A DNA stretch of 64,000 nt. Origin: Octopus bimaculoides (Eukaryota). The notes beneath the pieces are model-generated. The model saw only the letters and a list, made by a program, of their open reading frames with translations, was not told the origin of the DNA and searched no databases. Shown here in pieces: positions 24,165-36,587 of this stretch; position 1 is the first letter of the stretch, and every line of letters begins with the position of its first letter. Both the position numbers and the translations under genes were made by a program. Where the stretch lies: assembly GCF_001194135.2 (NCBI RefSeq), contig NC_068993.1, positions 16,462,942-16,526,941 on the forward strand, in the 5' to 3' direction.

Positions 24165-24590
24165 TCATTATCATTGTTGTAGTGTCCACTTTTTGAAGCT
24201 TGCATGTATCAAAAAAAGTTTATTGAAGTAGATTTCCTACAGCCTGATGCACTTCCTGTCACCAACCCTTACCCGTTTTCAAGCAATATAATATTTCCCC
24301 ATGGCCAAACATGTTTTTGTAGAATGCAGTAAACAATATTGAATGACATTCATTTACCACAACCACATGATGTCAAGACAAGAAGAGACAAACACATGCA
24401 TGCACGTACACGTGCACACACACATGATGAACTTCTTTTGGTTTCCATCTACCAAATCCACTCATAAGGCTTTGGTCAGCCTGGTGCTGTAGTAAAAGAC
24501 ACTTGCACAAGGTGCCGTACAGTGGAACTGAACCCTAAACCATGTGGTTGAAAGCAATCTTCTTAACCATACAGCTATGTCTGTATGCAT
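24165..24590 (-). mobile_element. Family D tail element followed by SINE A 5' half
   Basis: gcctgatgcacttcctgtcacc...; then tccatctaccaaatccactc...gtggaactgaaccc. Confidence 0.75.
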
Positions 24591-25294
24591 ACTTGTTAAG
24601 CCTTTGGAAATTCCACTAGAAACATGAATTATTCTTCTTCAATACAAAATCACTATTATGAATAATGAAAGAAAAAAAAAAAGAAAAAACAACCCAGCAA
24701 AACAGAACAATGTCATCACCATTATTATGTTTACTACCTACAGCTATGAAACAAACTACTGCAACTCCAACCACACCCACAACAATGAAACAAATCTCAT
24801 CACCGCTGCCACCACCACCATCATCACAACCAGTAGTAATCAAACAGACAACTGTTACAAAGTGTAACATTTACTTTTTAAATATTGAAATTTATGAAGC
24901 AAATGTTCAGGTTCAGTGTTGAAATGAATTAAATCATAGACAATTTTTAAAATATAAATTTTAGTCTGATAAAAAGAGGTCTTTGCTGGCGTCTCCTTAT
25001 TCTTACCACAACCACCAGGAATGTCATGGAAAGCATGAATTATTCATCTTCTCTATGAAATCACTCTAAAATCTTGGGATATATGAATGTAGTATTTATA
25101 TTAACACATTAAAGTTCATATTTTTTTTAAATGGAAATAGCTAATTATTTTAGGAATTTTACAATGTGCTGTAAAAATAAAATTAAATCGATAAGAGTTC
25201 ATTTTAATGAAATAATTGAAGTTACAGGAAGCAGGGATGACTAAAATATATTTGTGTAAACTTATATTTAATATACTTGAACACACTTGGACAT

Positions 25295-25480
25295 GGAAGT
25301 ATGTTTAGCAGCATTTTGTCCCTCTTCATGTTCTGAGATCAAATTCCACTGAGGTCAACTTCGCCTTTTCAGCCTTTCGGAGTCAATAAAATAAATACCA
25401 GTTGATTACTGGGGTTGATGTAATTAACTTAATCCTTTCCCCAAAATTGCTGGCCTTGTGCCGAAATTTGAGACCAATAT
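25295..25480 (+). mobile_element. SINE family B
   Basis: ctgagatcaaattccactgaggtcaacttcgcc...ggccttgtgccgaaatttgaga. Confidence 0.85.
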
Positions 25481-25754
25481 TATCGTGTGTATGTTTCTGT
25501 GTGTCACTGGATTTGTAAAGTTAGTGTGCAAGCAAGGCAACTACACTGTTACAGATATGTATTGCATATGGAAAAGCAGTGTAAAGTGATCCATGTGGAA
25601 AGAATATGCAGATGACCAAGGAAGATAGATCTCAGCATGCTAAGGAAATGACAGATATTTGCATCAAGTAGTGAGACAATGACCTAGAGATCTATCCAAC
25701 CCCTGTAAAAAATGGATAAATGGATGCAAAAAAAAAATGGTGATGATGGTGTAT

Positions 25755-25759
25755 GCATG

Positions 25760-25817
<58 letters not shown>

Positions 25818-25821
25818 TGTT

Positions 25822-25852
<31 letters not shown>

Positions 25853-25880
25853 ATATATATATGTGTGTATATACACACAA
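25755..25880. repeat. (TA)n/(TG)n microsatellite
   Basis: Direct reading. Confidence 0.95.
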
Positions 25881-26145
25881 TGTATAAAGAGATGTGCTGC
25901 TAATACAGCTTAATGCCATCTTTATCTATTGTACATTTTAAACATCATTATTTATGCATTGCCATTTAAATACATGGCATTTATTTTGTAAAATATTTTC
26001 TATTTACCTTATTACAGTCCACACAACCTACTTCAGCATCCACTGAATGTCACAGATGGAGACACACATTCACACATACTCAAGCATTCACGCACAGGCA
26101 AGATAAGCATGTTCTATGCTGCATTGGTAAAATAGTTCTACCATA

Positions 26146-26507
26146 GGCGCAGGAGTGGCTGTATGGTAAAAAGGTTGCTTCCCAACCACATGGTTCTAGG
26201 TTCAGTCACACTGCATGGCACCTTGGGCAAGTGTCTACTACTGTAGCCCCGAACCAACCAAAGCTTTGTGAGTGGATTTGGTAGATGAAACTGAAAAAAG
26301 CCTGTCATGTGTCTGTGTTTGTCCCCCTATCATCGCTTCATAACTGATGTTGGTGTGTTTACATCCCCGTAACTTAGTGGTTTGGCAAAAGAGACTGATA
26401 GAATAAGTGCTAGGCTTACAAAGAATAAGTCTTGGGGCCAATTTGTTTGACTAAAAGCAGTGCTCCAGCATGGCCACAGTCAAATGACTGAAATAAAAGA
26501 ATAGAAT
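26146..26507 (+). mobile_element. SINE family A, full length (reference copy; central block resembles the Meta domain as I recall it)
   Basis: tRNA-like head ggcgcaggagtggctgtatggta...ggttcagtc; centre caaagctttgtgagtggatttggtagatgaaactgaaaaaagcc; tail atggccacagtcaaatgactgaaa. Confidence 0.92.
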
Positions 26508-26892
26508 ACTGCATATTGCTATATATAACAAATGTTTTACATCTCATCCTTGAAACAAAGCATAATTTTGTGATTTGACCTTACTATTTCTTTGTGTCCG
26601 CATATTTTGAAATCATTTAATATATGTTTCAGGTCTACATAGAATATGACAGGAAATGCATCCATTACATAAGACCTTCCAGAGTTAAAATATTCCAATA
26701 TATTTAAGGTGTGGTAAGTAAATTGTTGTTATTTTATAATTTTAGTTTCATGCATGCACATTGTTTGTTTTTGATTTTGTCAACTACACAGTATAGCAGG
26801 GTTAGTTGGGAAATGTCTGGTAGAAAAACAGTGCCATGATGCAATTCACTCTGCCATAAATTTGGAAATGACATGCTGGATTGCTTAGCAAT

Positions 26893-26927
<35 letters not shown>

Positions 26928-26949
26928 GTGTATATGTATGTATGTATGT

Positions 26950-27165
26950 ATGTCTGTCTGTGTGTCTGTATTTGTTCTCCCATCACTACTTGACAGCCAT
27001 GTTCTGGCATGTTTACCTCCCCATAACTTAATGGTTCAGCAAAGAGACCAATAGATTAAGTATTGGGCTTAAAAAATAAGCCCTGGGGTTGATCTGTTCA
27101 ACTAAAATCCATCAAGGCTCTCCAGCATGGCAGCATTCAAATGACTGAAACAAATAAAAGAATAT
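26950..27165 (+). mobile_element. SINE family A, 3' half
   Basis: Homology to 26300-26507. Confidence 0.8.
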
Positions 27166-27189
27166 ATATATATATATATATAGCTCAAT

Positions 27190-27560
27190 AAAGAATCTCT
27201 GAAAGTGGATGGAACTTGTGAAAGAGAGAGACTGAGGAAGACATGGAATGAGTTACTGAAGAATAACCTCCGGATGCTGAACCTTTCAGACAAGATGAAA
27301 AAGCACCAAGACATCTGGCACCCTGCTGTATTCAAGAAGACCCATCCACCACAGCAGAAGTGTTAAGGCCACTCACCCTGAAGAGGAAGACTGACCTGCA
27401 AGAGTCCTGTGCTGGTGCCACATAAAAAGCACTCATGTTGGTGCTACGTTAAAAGCATCCAGTACACACTGTAAAGTGGTTGGCATTAGGAAGGGCATCC
27501 AGCTGTAGAAGCCAAGCCAAATCAGATTGGAGCCTGGTGCAGGCTGGTGTAGTCCTCCAG
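27190..27560 (+). mobile_element. RTE LINE 3' end
   Basis: LKVDGTCERERLRKTWNELLKNNLRMLNL followed by family D 3' UTR. Confidence 0.75.
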
Positions 27561-28227
27561 TTCTTCAGGGTGGCTTAGAAGACCACATTCTGCTCATATG
27601 TTCTATTTTGGCCTAGTTTCTATGGCCAAATACTCTTCTTGACACCAAACATTCACAAAGTGTCTTGGGTATATTTTGATGTGGCACCAGCTTTAGAGAG
27701 GTTGCCATGTCCTCACTCAGACCAAAGGTGTCTCTTGAACTTAGGTTGTCTCAGCTTCTTTAGCTCCCACTTTATAGAGTGTACTGGGTGCAATTTATAT
27801 CACAGCACCAGTATGGTTGCTCAGTGGCTCCATACATATAGAGTCTTCTCTATGACATACACATACACACACGCATCAAGATATGCTGTAAATGATTTCC
27901 AATTCATTATAAAAATGCTAATTTAATGCATGGAATTCAGTGTATAATTCAGTAAATGGCTATTATCTTCATGTTAGACAGGCATAATATCTGCAGCCTT
28001 TCAAGTTCAATGTTTATATTAGGTGTAAATCTATTTCAGCTCCATAATTCATAAAATATAGCGAAAATAGAAGCAGAATTTATAATGCTTACACTCTGCC
28101 ATTACTGAATGAGGAATGTGTGTGTTTGTGTGTGTGTGTGTGTATAATGATTGAGATAATTTTAAGAGATATATTATTCCATGTAAATGCATAAAATAGT
28201 AATAAAGAATGTGTGTTTGTGCATATG

Positions 28228-28262
<35 letters not shown>

Positions 28263-28516
28263 TAAATGTGTGTGTGTTTGTGTTAAAAATACAAATATGT
28301 GGATCTATAATGTGTTTATAATAGACTATATTTGTTTACTTGAATATGTTAGTACAAGTCACTTAACTTTTTTATTCTTGTATAAATAAATGTGTGTATG
28401 TGTGTACAAGAGGAGGCATGTGATTAAGCTTACTTGTTAACCATGTGGTTTTGGATTCAGTCTCACTGAGTGGCACCTTGGGCAAATGTCTTCTAGACAG
28501 AAGTGGTGCAAAGCTC

Positions 28517-28556
<40 letters not shown>

Positions 28557-29171
28557 ACATTCTGAATTTTGCATGAAAAAGGTATGAGTTATAAACTGAT
28601 GTTTGTTGACATTTCCTGTCAATAAATTGTTTGCTAGTTCTGCACTTGCAAAGACCAGCGGAATAAAGATTCCCTCACTTGAAAAAATACTTGTAAGAGT
28701 TAGCAACAGGAAAGGCATCCAACTGTAAAACAATCCCTTAGTAATATACATTTGTCTAACCAATGATAGCATGATAAAATTTTTTGTTTATTTGCTAAGA
28801 AGCAATAAATTACAGAGTTCCCAGAGCTCTTCTGTGTGTGTGTGTGTTGGCAATCCCCCTAGGCTGATTATTCACTTAATTTAACTTTTATAGAACTGTA
28901 TATGACTATATAGGTCAGTATTATAGATACTGGATCTACAAGTCCAGTCACAGACAGGGCATTCTTTTGTTTTGTGGGAAAGGATGCACAATGTTGAACA
29001 CTTTGTGCTGCATTCTACAATTATGCTTATTAAAATATTTGGTTTTTGCAATGTCAAAGTGTTGGGTGTCTTGTGTTGGTTATTAACAAACAATTTCATT
29101 TTTTACATATTGTTGCCATATTTTCACAAATTTTCAAATGTCGTTGAGTCACTTCCTTTGTCTACCTTTTA

Positions 29172-29550
29172 ATGCACTTTCCTTCATTTATTCAGCAGTC
29201 TGTTTGGGCAACTGATGGTCACAATTCATCCAACTTAGCCTGGCTTTGCCTTCAAATATTGTGTCTTTGTGATCATGACTTGCTTGAGTATTCTAACTCC
29301 GTTCTGACTTCGAACGTGCATGGTTTTATTTTCTGCCATCTCTGGTGTTATTCATTTCATAGAAATGGTGTCTATGACTTGTCCAGGTTTCAGAGCTGTA
29401 TAAAAGAGTGCGTAAACATGAAGAAGTTGTACCCTTTCTCCTATATGGCTGATGACACTTCTTGATTACACTGGAAATGTCAGAAGGAAATCTTATACAT
29501 CTATTGACAGAACAAATAGAAAGATTCTGTCGGGTATACTCAGGCAAGCC
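29172..29550 (-). mobile_element. RTE (BovB-like) LINE ORF2 fragment
   Basis: LRTLLYSSETW matches the LLYGxETW motif; downstream HQLPKQ remnant. Confidence 0.65.
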
Positions 29551-30438
29551 AATTTTTCTCTTGCATTGAAACTGTGATTATGTGATGATATCAGCTTCAA
29601 TGAATTGGCCATGTTGTACGAATGGTCAACCAGCAGTAGCCCAAACAACTGTTTGACCCACAGATAATCTTTTAATTCATTTCAAATATGTATTTAAGAG
29701 TTTGAAAGTTTTGCTCCATTTTGGGGTCAATTGAAATATGCTTTGTAGAACATATTACAAAAGCTAATCATAAAAATACATAATTTTCTGTTCAACTAAA
29801 GACACACATGTTCTACAGAACACATCATAATACACCCAAAATGAGACAAATATCTATGGTGCTCAAGGTTTTTAAAATGAATTAAAAGAATTTTTAAAAC
29901 TGACTATTGTCTAAATGACAGAAATGGAATGAATTTTTTAAAAACTGAGATTATTCCATACAAAACAATTATGGCAAATACCTTCAGAATCTGAGAAAAC
30001 AAAACATGTATTGTTTTTGCAAGTGAGATATGGCTTGCATTTCAGCTGGATACAAAAAGGATTGGTTTGAGTTTGACTGCTAGCTGCTTTAAGTCAACAT
30101 TAACTGAAGGATAAGAAATTTGGTGAGGAATTGAATGGTGTTGGCATTGATAACGACAACAACACTTCCTTTCAGAAACTGTGAAGGCCTGTAAATTGCT
30201 TAACCAGTTCAAAACAAAATCTGCTCAGAAAGAACCAAGAGTATATAGATAGGCAGGAACCTTTTGAATTCCTCAAAAATTGAGGTAAAATTATTAAGTT
30301 CCTTGAAAAATTCAAAGTGGACTTCAAAACTTTTAGAGAGATGCTTATTGTTCTTATATGAATGTTTTTCCTTGCACTGAAAAACAATTAAGAAATTGTT
30401 GATGCACTTAGCATGGACAGTTACAAAAATTGCTTTGA

Positions 30439-30655
30439 GCCTTTAGCAGTTAAACTGGTCATATCTGGCACAAATATTCCACCTGTTTTATGTTGAAAAT
30501 GGCCAGATTCAGCTTCCTCACACCTACTCTACTATGTTGTCCTAACAATAAGCAATAACATCTTCAAAATCTCAACACTACAAGATAATACATAATTAAT
30601 TTTATGAAATGTAAATAAGCATTACATTTGACAGAAAATCTGAATCTTAAAGGGG
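30439..30655. mobile_element. piggyBac-type MITE (P1), decayed ends
   Basis: cctttagcagttaaactggtcatatctggc...aatctgaatcttaaagggg, homologous to 35800-36019. Confidence 0.75.
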
Positions 30656-31144
30656 TTCAAGTTAAACATTTAGTAAAACATTGAAAACATTTGTTTACTT
30701 TATGAAGCACACTTATTATAATAAAATTATGAATAACATGTTTTACAAAAAGCTCAATCATTAGTAATTTCTGAAGCCCTAAATCATATATCTTTAAAAT
30801 TAAGGCACATCTAGATATACCTTGTAGCACACCAGCACAGTGTGACAACTTTCTGAGAATCACTAATTTGAGTTATAAAAATGGAATAGATTTGAATAAC
30901 TAAGATTACTTCTATTACAAAATACTTAGTATTCAGAATGACCTGGTAACATGTACCATAACTTCTGAAAATATTTAGGTGTTGGTGTTGGTACAGTGTC
31001 ATCATAGCTGCATTGTTGGTGCAGTGTAGTTACAGGCAGACACAGACACCTTCTGCAGCCTTCCAGTGTTAACTAGTAAACCCTTTAGCTAGTAGAACAA
31101 CCAGGAAGTGACATCAGTACAGGAGAAAGACTAAACCAGCATTT

Positions 31145-31280
31145 GGTTGGTACTCATTCCAGTTCAGCTTCCTGGAGCAACAACAGATGCTTTACTCAAG
31201 GACACAACTTGCTGCCCAGTGCGGGAATTGAACTCACGATTTCGTGATTATGTGCCCAACACCCTAACTATTAGGTCATG
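31145..31280 (-). mobile_element. tRNA-headed SINE fragment, CORE-like
   Basis: Minus strand agttagggtgttgg...gtgagttcaattcccgc...gtgtccttgagtaaagc. Confidence 0.65.
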
Positions 31281-31282
31281 TA

Positions 31283-31343
<61 letters not shown>

Positions 31344-31504
31344 ACGCACACGCACACACACACGCACACACACACACATGTAATCATTTTTGTTAACAAT
31401 AGGCCTTACTGAGGCAATATATAAAGATATTTTAACGACCGTTTACTTTAATACCTACTGCTTACTCTAAGTGTATATATGTTTGTATTTGTGTGTATTC
31501 TTCT

Positions 31505-31865
31505 ATTCGTCTACTTGTTTCAGTCATTTGACTGTGACCATGCTGGAGCACCACCTTGAGTTTTAGTCAAAGGAATTAATCCCAGGACTTATGCTTTGTA
31601 AGCCTAATACTTATTGTGTTGGTCTCTTTTCCCGAACTGCTGAGTTACAGGGACGTAAACATGCCAACATCAGTCGTCAAGCAATGGGGAGGGAGACAAA
31701 GACACACACACACACACACACACACACATGATGGGATTCTTTCAGTTTCTTATTTCTTTACTGCCCACAAGGGGCTAAACATAGAGGGGACAAACAAGGA
31801 CAGACAAAGGGGTTAAGTCGATCACAACAACCCTAGTGCGTAACTGGTACTTATTTAATCGACCC
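31505..31865 (-). mobile_element. SINE A 3' half abutting a SINE B 3' part
   Basis: Homology to both reference copies. Confidence 0.8.
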
Positions 31866-32959
31866 CCAGATTTTGTTCTCAAGTTGTTAGTGAAGCTGAT
31901 GCTATATTAGCTTATGCTTGTCTATAACCACATGGTTGTGAAACAAATGTCTCAACCATATGGCCATGCCACACTTATATGCAATCTATTAATTAAAATT
32001 TAAAAAAAATCCTTGAAGGTAGTCCCCCCAGCATGGCCACAGTCGATGGGCAGAAGCTTATAGAAGAATAAACTAAAGGATATGTTATATTTTATATCAG
32101 AAATCTTTCTCCTTATATATACATAATATATGCAATATGTGCACACATACACTAAGTGCATTGATATTATTTTGATTTGCTTAAATACAGTCTCATCTGT
32201 ATTTCTTCTTTCACTAGTGGTTGGAGGAAACTACCCAACAGCTTGCATGATTCTAAATTTTACCTGTAGACATATTCTTAATATTTATTCTTGTCTCCTA
32301 TTTACAAAAGAGAGCAGAAAAACGAAGATGGTTGGGATGGGATGGGATGGAGCAGGGGAAAGCTTCGTTGCTGATATTTCTTTGTTCCATCTCCAGTGAA
32401 GCAACAATAGTTATATAGATTTATATTGAGTATTCTTAAGAGAAAACAGATATCTATCTATCTATCTATCTATCTATCATCTCTCTCTCTCTCTCTCCCT
32501 CCCTTCTTGCTCTCCTAATCCTCCATCTTGCTTTCTCCATCCTCCCTTTCACTCTCCTCCACCTTTGCTATCACCATCTCTCCCCCCTCTCTCTCCATAT
32601 TTGGAATATTTCATTTCTAGTGGCTGTGGTGTTTGTGGGGTTGTTTAGCCCTAGTTAGCTTTGAGCAAGCAGATTTTTCTCTGATCAAAGGCATTTTAGC
32701 AGTATCCATTATTTCTTTTGTTATTTTTGCAGACATACTGTATCCAGGATTACACATATTTTTTTAAAGTAACAATTCAGTATCATTTGTGAGGAGATTT
32801 GGCTACTATTTCTAACATGCCAAGCAACCATCAATGGGTGTTATTGTTTAGCTCTGATTGGGCAGACTTTTGAGAAAATGCATTTTAGCAATGACCATTA
32901 CCTCATCTTTATTTCATTTTATGCATACTGTATCCCAGAATACACTATCTAAAATTTCC

Positions 32960-34470
32960 TAATTTGAAGAGAGATTTAACTGTTATTTCTTGCAGATTGA
33001 AAGACCACATAGAGGTTCACTTGGCTCGATATTTCTTTGACACCAATGAAACAACAAAAGATATAGGTTTTTTTCCCTTCTATTTGTGAGGGAGCATTTG
33101 GTTGCTACTTCTAGCAAGTTGAGTGACCATATAGAGGTTCTCTCCATTGTTAGCTCAAAATTTCTGTTTATCGCCAAAGAAATAACTTAATGAATTTATC
33201 CTTTCTAACTGTGAGAGTTGAAGAATTTGGATGCTATTTCTAGCATGATGAGAAATCATATAGATGCTCTCTCTCTCTCTTTCTCCCTCTGTCTCTCTCT
33301 GTCATTGGCTAAGTATTTCTTTGTTTGCTGTCAAAGAAGCAACAATAGATATAGATTTATCCTTGCTAACTGTTAGCAAAGGTTTGGTTGCTATTTATAG
33401 CAAGTAGAGAGACAATATACAGGGTGCAGTGAATATAATGTTGTCTAAATTACACAAAAATGAAAATAACACTGACATCTCATTTTAACAGATATATTTA
33501 CCAAAATATCTTGAAATACTAAAGAGTAAAGTTATTCAGTAAAATCACCATTGGCTTCGACCATGGCCCCCAGATGACTTCAGAATCTCCCGGAACTCTT
33601 CTGGATAGTCTCCTTGTTTAAGTTGATGAAGGCTGCCATAATCCTTGCTTTCAGTTCATCTTTGGTTTTATAAAGAGTTTTATTGGTCTCTTGCTCAACT
33701 GTGCCCCACACAATAATCAAGGGGGTTACACCCCAGACTGTCATTTCCAAATTTATGGCAGAGTGAATTGCATCTTGGTGCTGTTCTCATAGATGGTGCC
33801 CAACTGTACTGTGCAGTCAGCAAAGTCAAAAGCAAACAATGTGCATGCCTGAAATTAAAAATATAAAATAGCAACAATTTACCCATCGCACCCTGGAGAG
33901 GCTCTCTTCATATTTGGCTGAATACTTCTTTATCAACAAAGAAGCAACAATAGATATGGGTTTATCCTTCCTAACACTGAGAGAGAAGAATCTGGCTGCT
34001 ATTTCTAGTGAGTTGAGCAACTGTATACAGGCGGTCTCCATTATTTTTTTCAATATTTCTACATCATTGATGAAACAATGATGTGGATTTATCCTTGTCA
34101 AAAGTGGAAGAGAAGAATTTGATTACTATTTCTAGTAGGTTGGTTTAATATTTCTTTGCTTGTCCCCAATGAAGAAATTATATGGGTTTATCCTTCCTAA
34201 CAGTGGAGAGGAATTTGGCTGCTATTTCTAGCAGGCTGAGAGATCACATAGAAGCTCTCTCTGTCATTGACTCAATATTTCTTTGTTCCTAATGAAAAAA
34301 CAATAGACATGAATTCATCCTTCCTAACAGTGGAAGAGAAGAATTCAGCTGTTATTTCTAGCAGGCTGGGATACCACATAGAGGCTCCCTCTGTCATTGG
34401 TTTAATATTTCTTTGTTTGTCACCAACGAAGCAACAATAGATATGGATTTATCCTTCCTAACAGTGGGAG
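32960..34470. repeat. Degenerate satellite, unit about 125-140 bp, 8-9 copies, partly derived from family E
   Basis: Recurring ttatccttcctaac...gaatttggctgctatttctagc...accacatagaggctc...aagcaacaatagatat. Confidence 0.85.
33420..33895 (-). mobile_element. Tc1/mariner deletion derivative (NPLDY-type, maT/DD37D-like)
   Basis: 24-bp TIRs match at 18 of 24; TA left flank, GA right flank; minus strand encodes CNPLDY then TVEQETNKTLYKTKDELKARIMAAFINLNKETIQK...MVEANGDF with frameshift and stop. Confidence 0.9.
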
Positions 34471-34484
34471 AAAACAAACTTTGT

Positions 34485-34850
34485 CAAATGCCACAGCCAT
34501 GGAACATTCCTTTCATAGTGGTTGGGTGGTGGTGTCGCTGCTGCCTCTGGGATAATTTACATTCCACAGCCTTGGAATCATCTGACAGAATTGGAAATTC
34601 CATATATGTGATGTGTGTGTGAAGTGGAGATGGAATCTATTCCAAAATTTGTCTCCAAGAATGTCAAGCATCTGGTCTCACTCCTTCATTCCTTCCATAC
34701 CACCGTTTGTCTGTTGACTGTTGTCTGCAGACTGTTCTCCACTCCCACCTCTGGCGTTGTCTTGTTAGTCATCTTTGGTCTGCAGGGATTACTCTCCCTC
34801 ACACAAACACCCATACTAATGCCTCTAGCTCTGTCCTTCTGTGTGTGTGT
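34485..34850 (-). mobile_element. Highly degenerate LINE RT fragment, probably RTE
   Basis: Ends in AFDKV; YGISIL- and IIPEA-like remnants upstream across frameshifts. Confidence 0.4.
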
Positions 34851-35799
34851 GTGGGGGGGGACCACTTAAAGAGAAGTTGTAACTAACTAGTAGTAGTGGT
34901 GTTGGTTAGGGTTGTGGTGATGTTATTTAGTGGAAAACCAGGATTTTTTAAGAAGATAGAAACAAATGTTGAATGAACAATATTATGTATGTATCCATTT
35001 GTCTGTGTGTGTGTGTGTGTATATATGATTATAAACAAGTGTCTTGTACGTGTAGAAATAACATGGACTGAATAAAGGGCTAGTGATTTCCAAGTTTCAC
35101 CAGGCACGTGGCTTATTTGAATTTATTCTACTTGGTGAAAGTTTGAAGTTACTGCCAGTAGAATTGTGAGATATATAATATGGGCACATCCATTCAAAGC
35201 GCGCGCGTGCGTGTGTGCAGCTTTCAGTTTGCCAGCCTCTGTCAAACCATTCAACCCATGCTTGCATGGAGAATGGATGATTATATATTCTCTCTCTCTC
35301 ATCATCATCATCCTTTAACATCCATTTTCCATGCTGGCATGGGTTGGACCAAGTGTATGTGTGTATGTAAATATATATATATATATGAGTTAACACACAC
35401 ATACGGACACATATATAACTTGAGGTTGTCGTCCGAATAGTTAGTTAAGAAATACAGGAATGTGTCGTACCTTGTGACTAGTATAACAGCATCATTGTAA
35501 ACTGTTTACAAAGGCAAAGGTGACATTTTTTTTAAGTAAGAGGAAATCATAGAGGCAACAAATTATTGGACCAGGCTATAAGTACCTTTTGGTTTCATGT
35601 CCAGAAGAGCTACCACGAATTCAATAATCTTAAGAACAACTTCAGGAGCAATATTTAGCTATGGGTAAACCACATTGCTTGGCATTTATTGACATGGAGA
35701 AGGCCTTTGACAGGGTTCCATGCTCTGTAATTTGGTGGTCATTAAGAAAACAAGGTGTAGAGGAATGGTTTGTAAGGTTTTTGTACAAAGGTGCATTAA

Positions 35800-36019
35800 C
35801 CCTTTAGCATTTAAACCATCCATATCTGGCCCAAATATTCTACCTATCTTATGTTCAAACTAGCCAGATTTCGCTTCTGACACCTACCATGCAATGTAAT
35901 TCTAAATATAAACAATCACATCATCGAAATCCCAAAGCTATGAAATAATCCATGGTTAATTCAAAACAATGTGAATGCATAACCATTTCATTTGGCAGAT
36001 TAATCTGAACGCAAAAGGG
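35800..36019. mobile_element. piggyBac-type MITE (P1) nested in the RTE
   Basis: TTAA/ccctttagcatt...aacgcaaaaggg/ATAA; RT reading resumes after it. Confidence 0.88.
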
Positions 36020-36204
36020 ATAAATAAAGTCAGTTAAGAATGACTTCAGCAACGAACATAGCATGATGGTAGGATAGATCAAGGCTCAGTCTTTGTCTAT
36101 TTTCATAGTCTTGTAGGCTATTATAGAGGTGTTTAAGGCAAGCAGTCCTCGAGAGTTCCTGTATGCTGATGATTTAGTTTTTATAGCTGAATATGTAGTG
36201 GAAT

Positions 36205-36587
36205 TAGAAACATCATTGTTGTTTATCATCCATTTTCAATGCTGGCATGGGTTGGACTGTTTGACAGTAGCTGGCCCAGCTGGACACCTCTCTACTAGGA
36301 GAGGGAGCAGAGGGGATGGCCATAAAGGACATAAAGGTCCGTATGTATGGATGACCTTGGTTTTACTTAGCTTGATGTGTTTTCTCAAGTACAGAAAAAC
36401 CACCACAAGTTCCAGTTCCTTGTCATCTCAGTGAGGCCCAGTGTCTGAAGATCCTTTCTCACCACTTCATCCCATGTCTGCCTGGGTCTACCACTTCCAC
36501 AGGTTCCCTCCACAATCAGAGATCTGCACGTCTTTAAGCAGTTGTCCATATCCATACGCATCACATGACCATACCAGTGCAGTCTTG
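36205..36587 (-). mobile_element. Second RTE 3' end inserted in opposite orientation
   Basis: RLHWYGHVMRMD...GRPRQTWDEVVRKDLQTLGL plus tail; host resumes as KLESRVFYVNIVKTKV. Confidence 0.88.

Noticed and set aside
24608-25068. About 45-bp similar segments at 24608 and 25027
   Set aside because: Short, AT-rich and diverged; could be chance or a trivial local duplication.
26633-26713. 81-nt segment between a good acceptor and gtaagt
   Set aside because: Stop codons in all three frames; could only be a non-coding exon and nothing supports that.
28881-29099. Cys-rich ORF (ECSTKCSTLC...ECPVCD) resembling a RING/zinc-finger end
   Set aside because: Ligand spacing is not canonical, the His ligand is missing and the acceptor is poor.
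29560-30420. Possible hAT or L1 relic
   Set aside because: No convincing motif in any frame I translated.
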